The translations under genes and the position numbers were made by a program. The notes beneath the pieces were generated by a model. The model was not told where the DNA came from. It did not search any database and saw nothing but the letters and a program-made list of their open reading frames with translations. Below, in pieces: positions 62,601 to 64,000 of a stretch of DNA of 64,000 bases. Position 1 is the first letter of the stretch. Every line of letters starts with the position of its first letter. This DNA is from Pelomyxa schiedti (taxonomy: Eukaryota; Protista; Evosea). Location of the stretch: NCBI GenBank assembly GCA_020536535.1, contig JAHLWZ010000799.1:1-64000 (forward strand). Direction: 5' to 3'.

Positions 62601-63644
62601 GGAAGTTACTCCAAGGGTGGACTTGGTGGATATGTTGGAGGAGTTGTGGGATGCACAAATATGATCATTACTGTGGGCGAGGGCGGAGGAGGTGCGTTTA
62701 CTGACTACCACTCCCGGCGAATGAACATCGGTGGTTTGCAGAAATACGAAGGGCCTTGGACTGGCGGGAAGGGAGGAGCCAGTGGATTTTCCGAATCCAA
62801 CTCTGGAAGACAGCCGCAAACCATCGGGAAACCTGGAACAAGCGCTGGCGGAGGTTGCGGAGGCTTCCTGTTTGATGCAGCAGGAGGAGGACCAATGTGC
62901 GGCGCCGGCGGCGGAGGTGCTTCCTTCGCCGTGGATTCCAGCACCGGAATTCTGCTGGCCTGCGCGGGCGGCGGCGGGGGCTCTGGAAGTGGCTGCCCAA
63001 GTTTCGATGGGGCTGCCTGTGGGGGTGGCGGGGGTGGCTGTGATGGCCCTTCTGAACTGGGGAGCGGCGGAGCGGGATGCTACATGATGGAGGATGATGA
63101 TTACAACAGGATCAGCAGTAACAGGCACTCTTGTTGTGTTGGATTGCACGGGAATGGAAGCGGGGGTTGTTGCAACTACTGTGAGAGCGAGGATTCTGCC
63201 CGGGATCACTGCGGATATGACGGAACCAGTGGTTTGCCAACAATGAACGAGTCTCGTGGCTCGGGAGGCGGGGGTGGACGTGGCTATGCTGGGGGGTTTA
63301 TTCGCGGAACTTGTGTTACTACTAGTACCTCAACCACTCAATGTACTTTGGAAACAAATGAAGGGTACACTGAAGTAACCATTCTGCCATTGAAAAAGAA
63401 GGCGGCGTTTTGCACACCACCAAGGGCTGATTCGAGAATGGACTATGACGTTTTGTGTGTGGCAGACAGCAGGCCACAACCGGCACATGGTGAGAAGATA
63501 AATATGTTTCATTCTGGGGATGATGGGTGTGCAGTGCTAATTAGCATTCTGTCTGGTAAAGTACTTGCCATTGTGAATTCTCCCGGGACATACACTTACA
63601 ACATAGAACAGGAATATGTCAAAGAAATACAACAGTTTTCATAG
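59616..63644 (+). CDS. Multidomain protein: pentapeptide repeats + ankyrin-like helical region + ALK/LTK-type glycine-rich domain
   Basis: Pentapeptide repeats (RDLSG CNLSG GNLPG SCFNG ... ADFSD AEFRD AFLTG AELEG). A phase-0 intron at 61699-61751 joins the two ORFs in frame. LWGAGGGG...GGLGGYVGG...VGEGGGG...GGGGASF...ACAGGGGGSG. Confidence 0.75.
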
Positions 63645-63709
63645 TTTTGAAAAGGAAGTTTTTTTTTCAAAAAAAAATTTACTTTGGTTACTGATATGAC
63701 AAATTTTCT

Positions 63710-64000
63710 TCAACACTTCTCCAAGAACAGTGTGTAGTAGTCCTCGAATTTAGCACCGTTTTGAACAGCGTTGTTCCAGAGTTCTTCCAGGTCCAAGGTC
63801 ATTAAACTAGAAAACAATAAGCAAGCCACTATGGCACAATCACAAAACAACCTTCCAGTCTTCATAAACTGAAGCTTCCAAGACAATCCTAGTGCCAAGA
63901 AGTACCGGTGTTTCAATTCTTCATTCTCTGCTTGCTGTAGGGGTGGGAGAAATATCAGTGTCAAATACTTTAGGAGGAAAATTTGATTTCAACACTAAGA
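63710..64000 (-). CDS. 3' end of a hypothetical gene extending beyond the window
   Basis: Exons QAENEELKHRYFLALGLSWKLQFMKTG and DLEELWNNAVQNGAKFEDYYTLFLEKC*. Confidence 0.55.

Overview
This is gene-dense, intron-rich eukaryotic nuclear DNA, not a prokaryotic window. It has many short (about 38-70 nt) GT-AG introns, micro-exons, intergenic spacers mostly under 350 bp and one 100-N scaffold gap. The gene content suggests a protist, probably an amoebozoan; the style is reminiscent of Archamoebae, which is inference only. I reconstructed about 24 spliced genes by hand. Recognisable ones are a papain-family cysteine protease, an SRF-type MADS-box factor, importin-5, an RDH12-like SDR, a GDPD, CTU2, a PAP2 lipid phosphate phosphatase, a DUF4419 protein and a probable Furry/Tao3 scaffold. 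The most notable items are: (1) a complete T4 Rnl2-type RNA ligase; (2) a Crinkler/RHS-type NTPase + PD-(D/E)xK nuclease effector; (3) unusual fusions, namely C-CAP beta-helix + class IV sirtuin, TOM1/GPR137-like 7TM + TKL kinase, BAH + DUF4211/CCDC82, and pentapeptide repeat + ALK/LTK-like Gly-rich domain; (4) atypical splicing, with frequent AAG/GAG acceptors, skipped proximal AGs and a 6-nt exon carrying a catalytic residue; (5) a repeat that spans the gap. All family calls come from motif recognition by eye and no searches were run. Gene boundaries are approximate outer coordinates that include introns.
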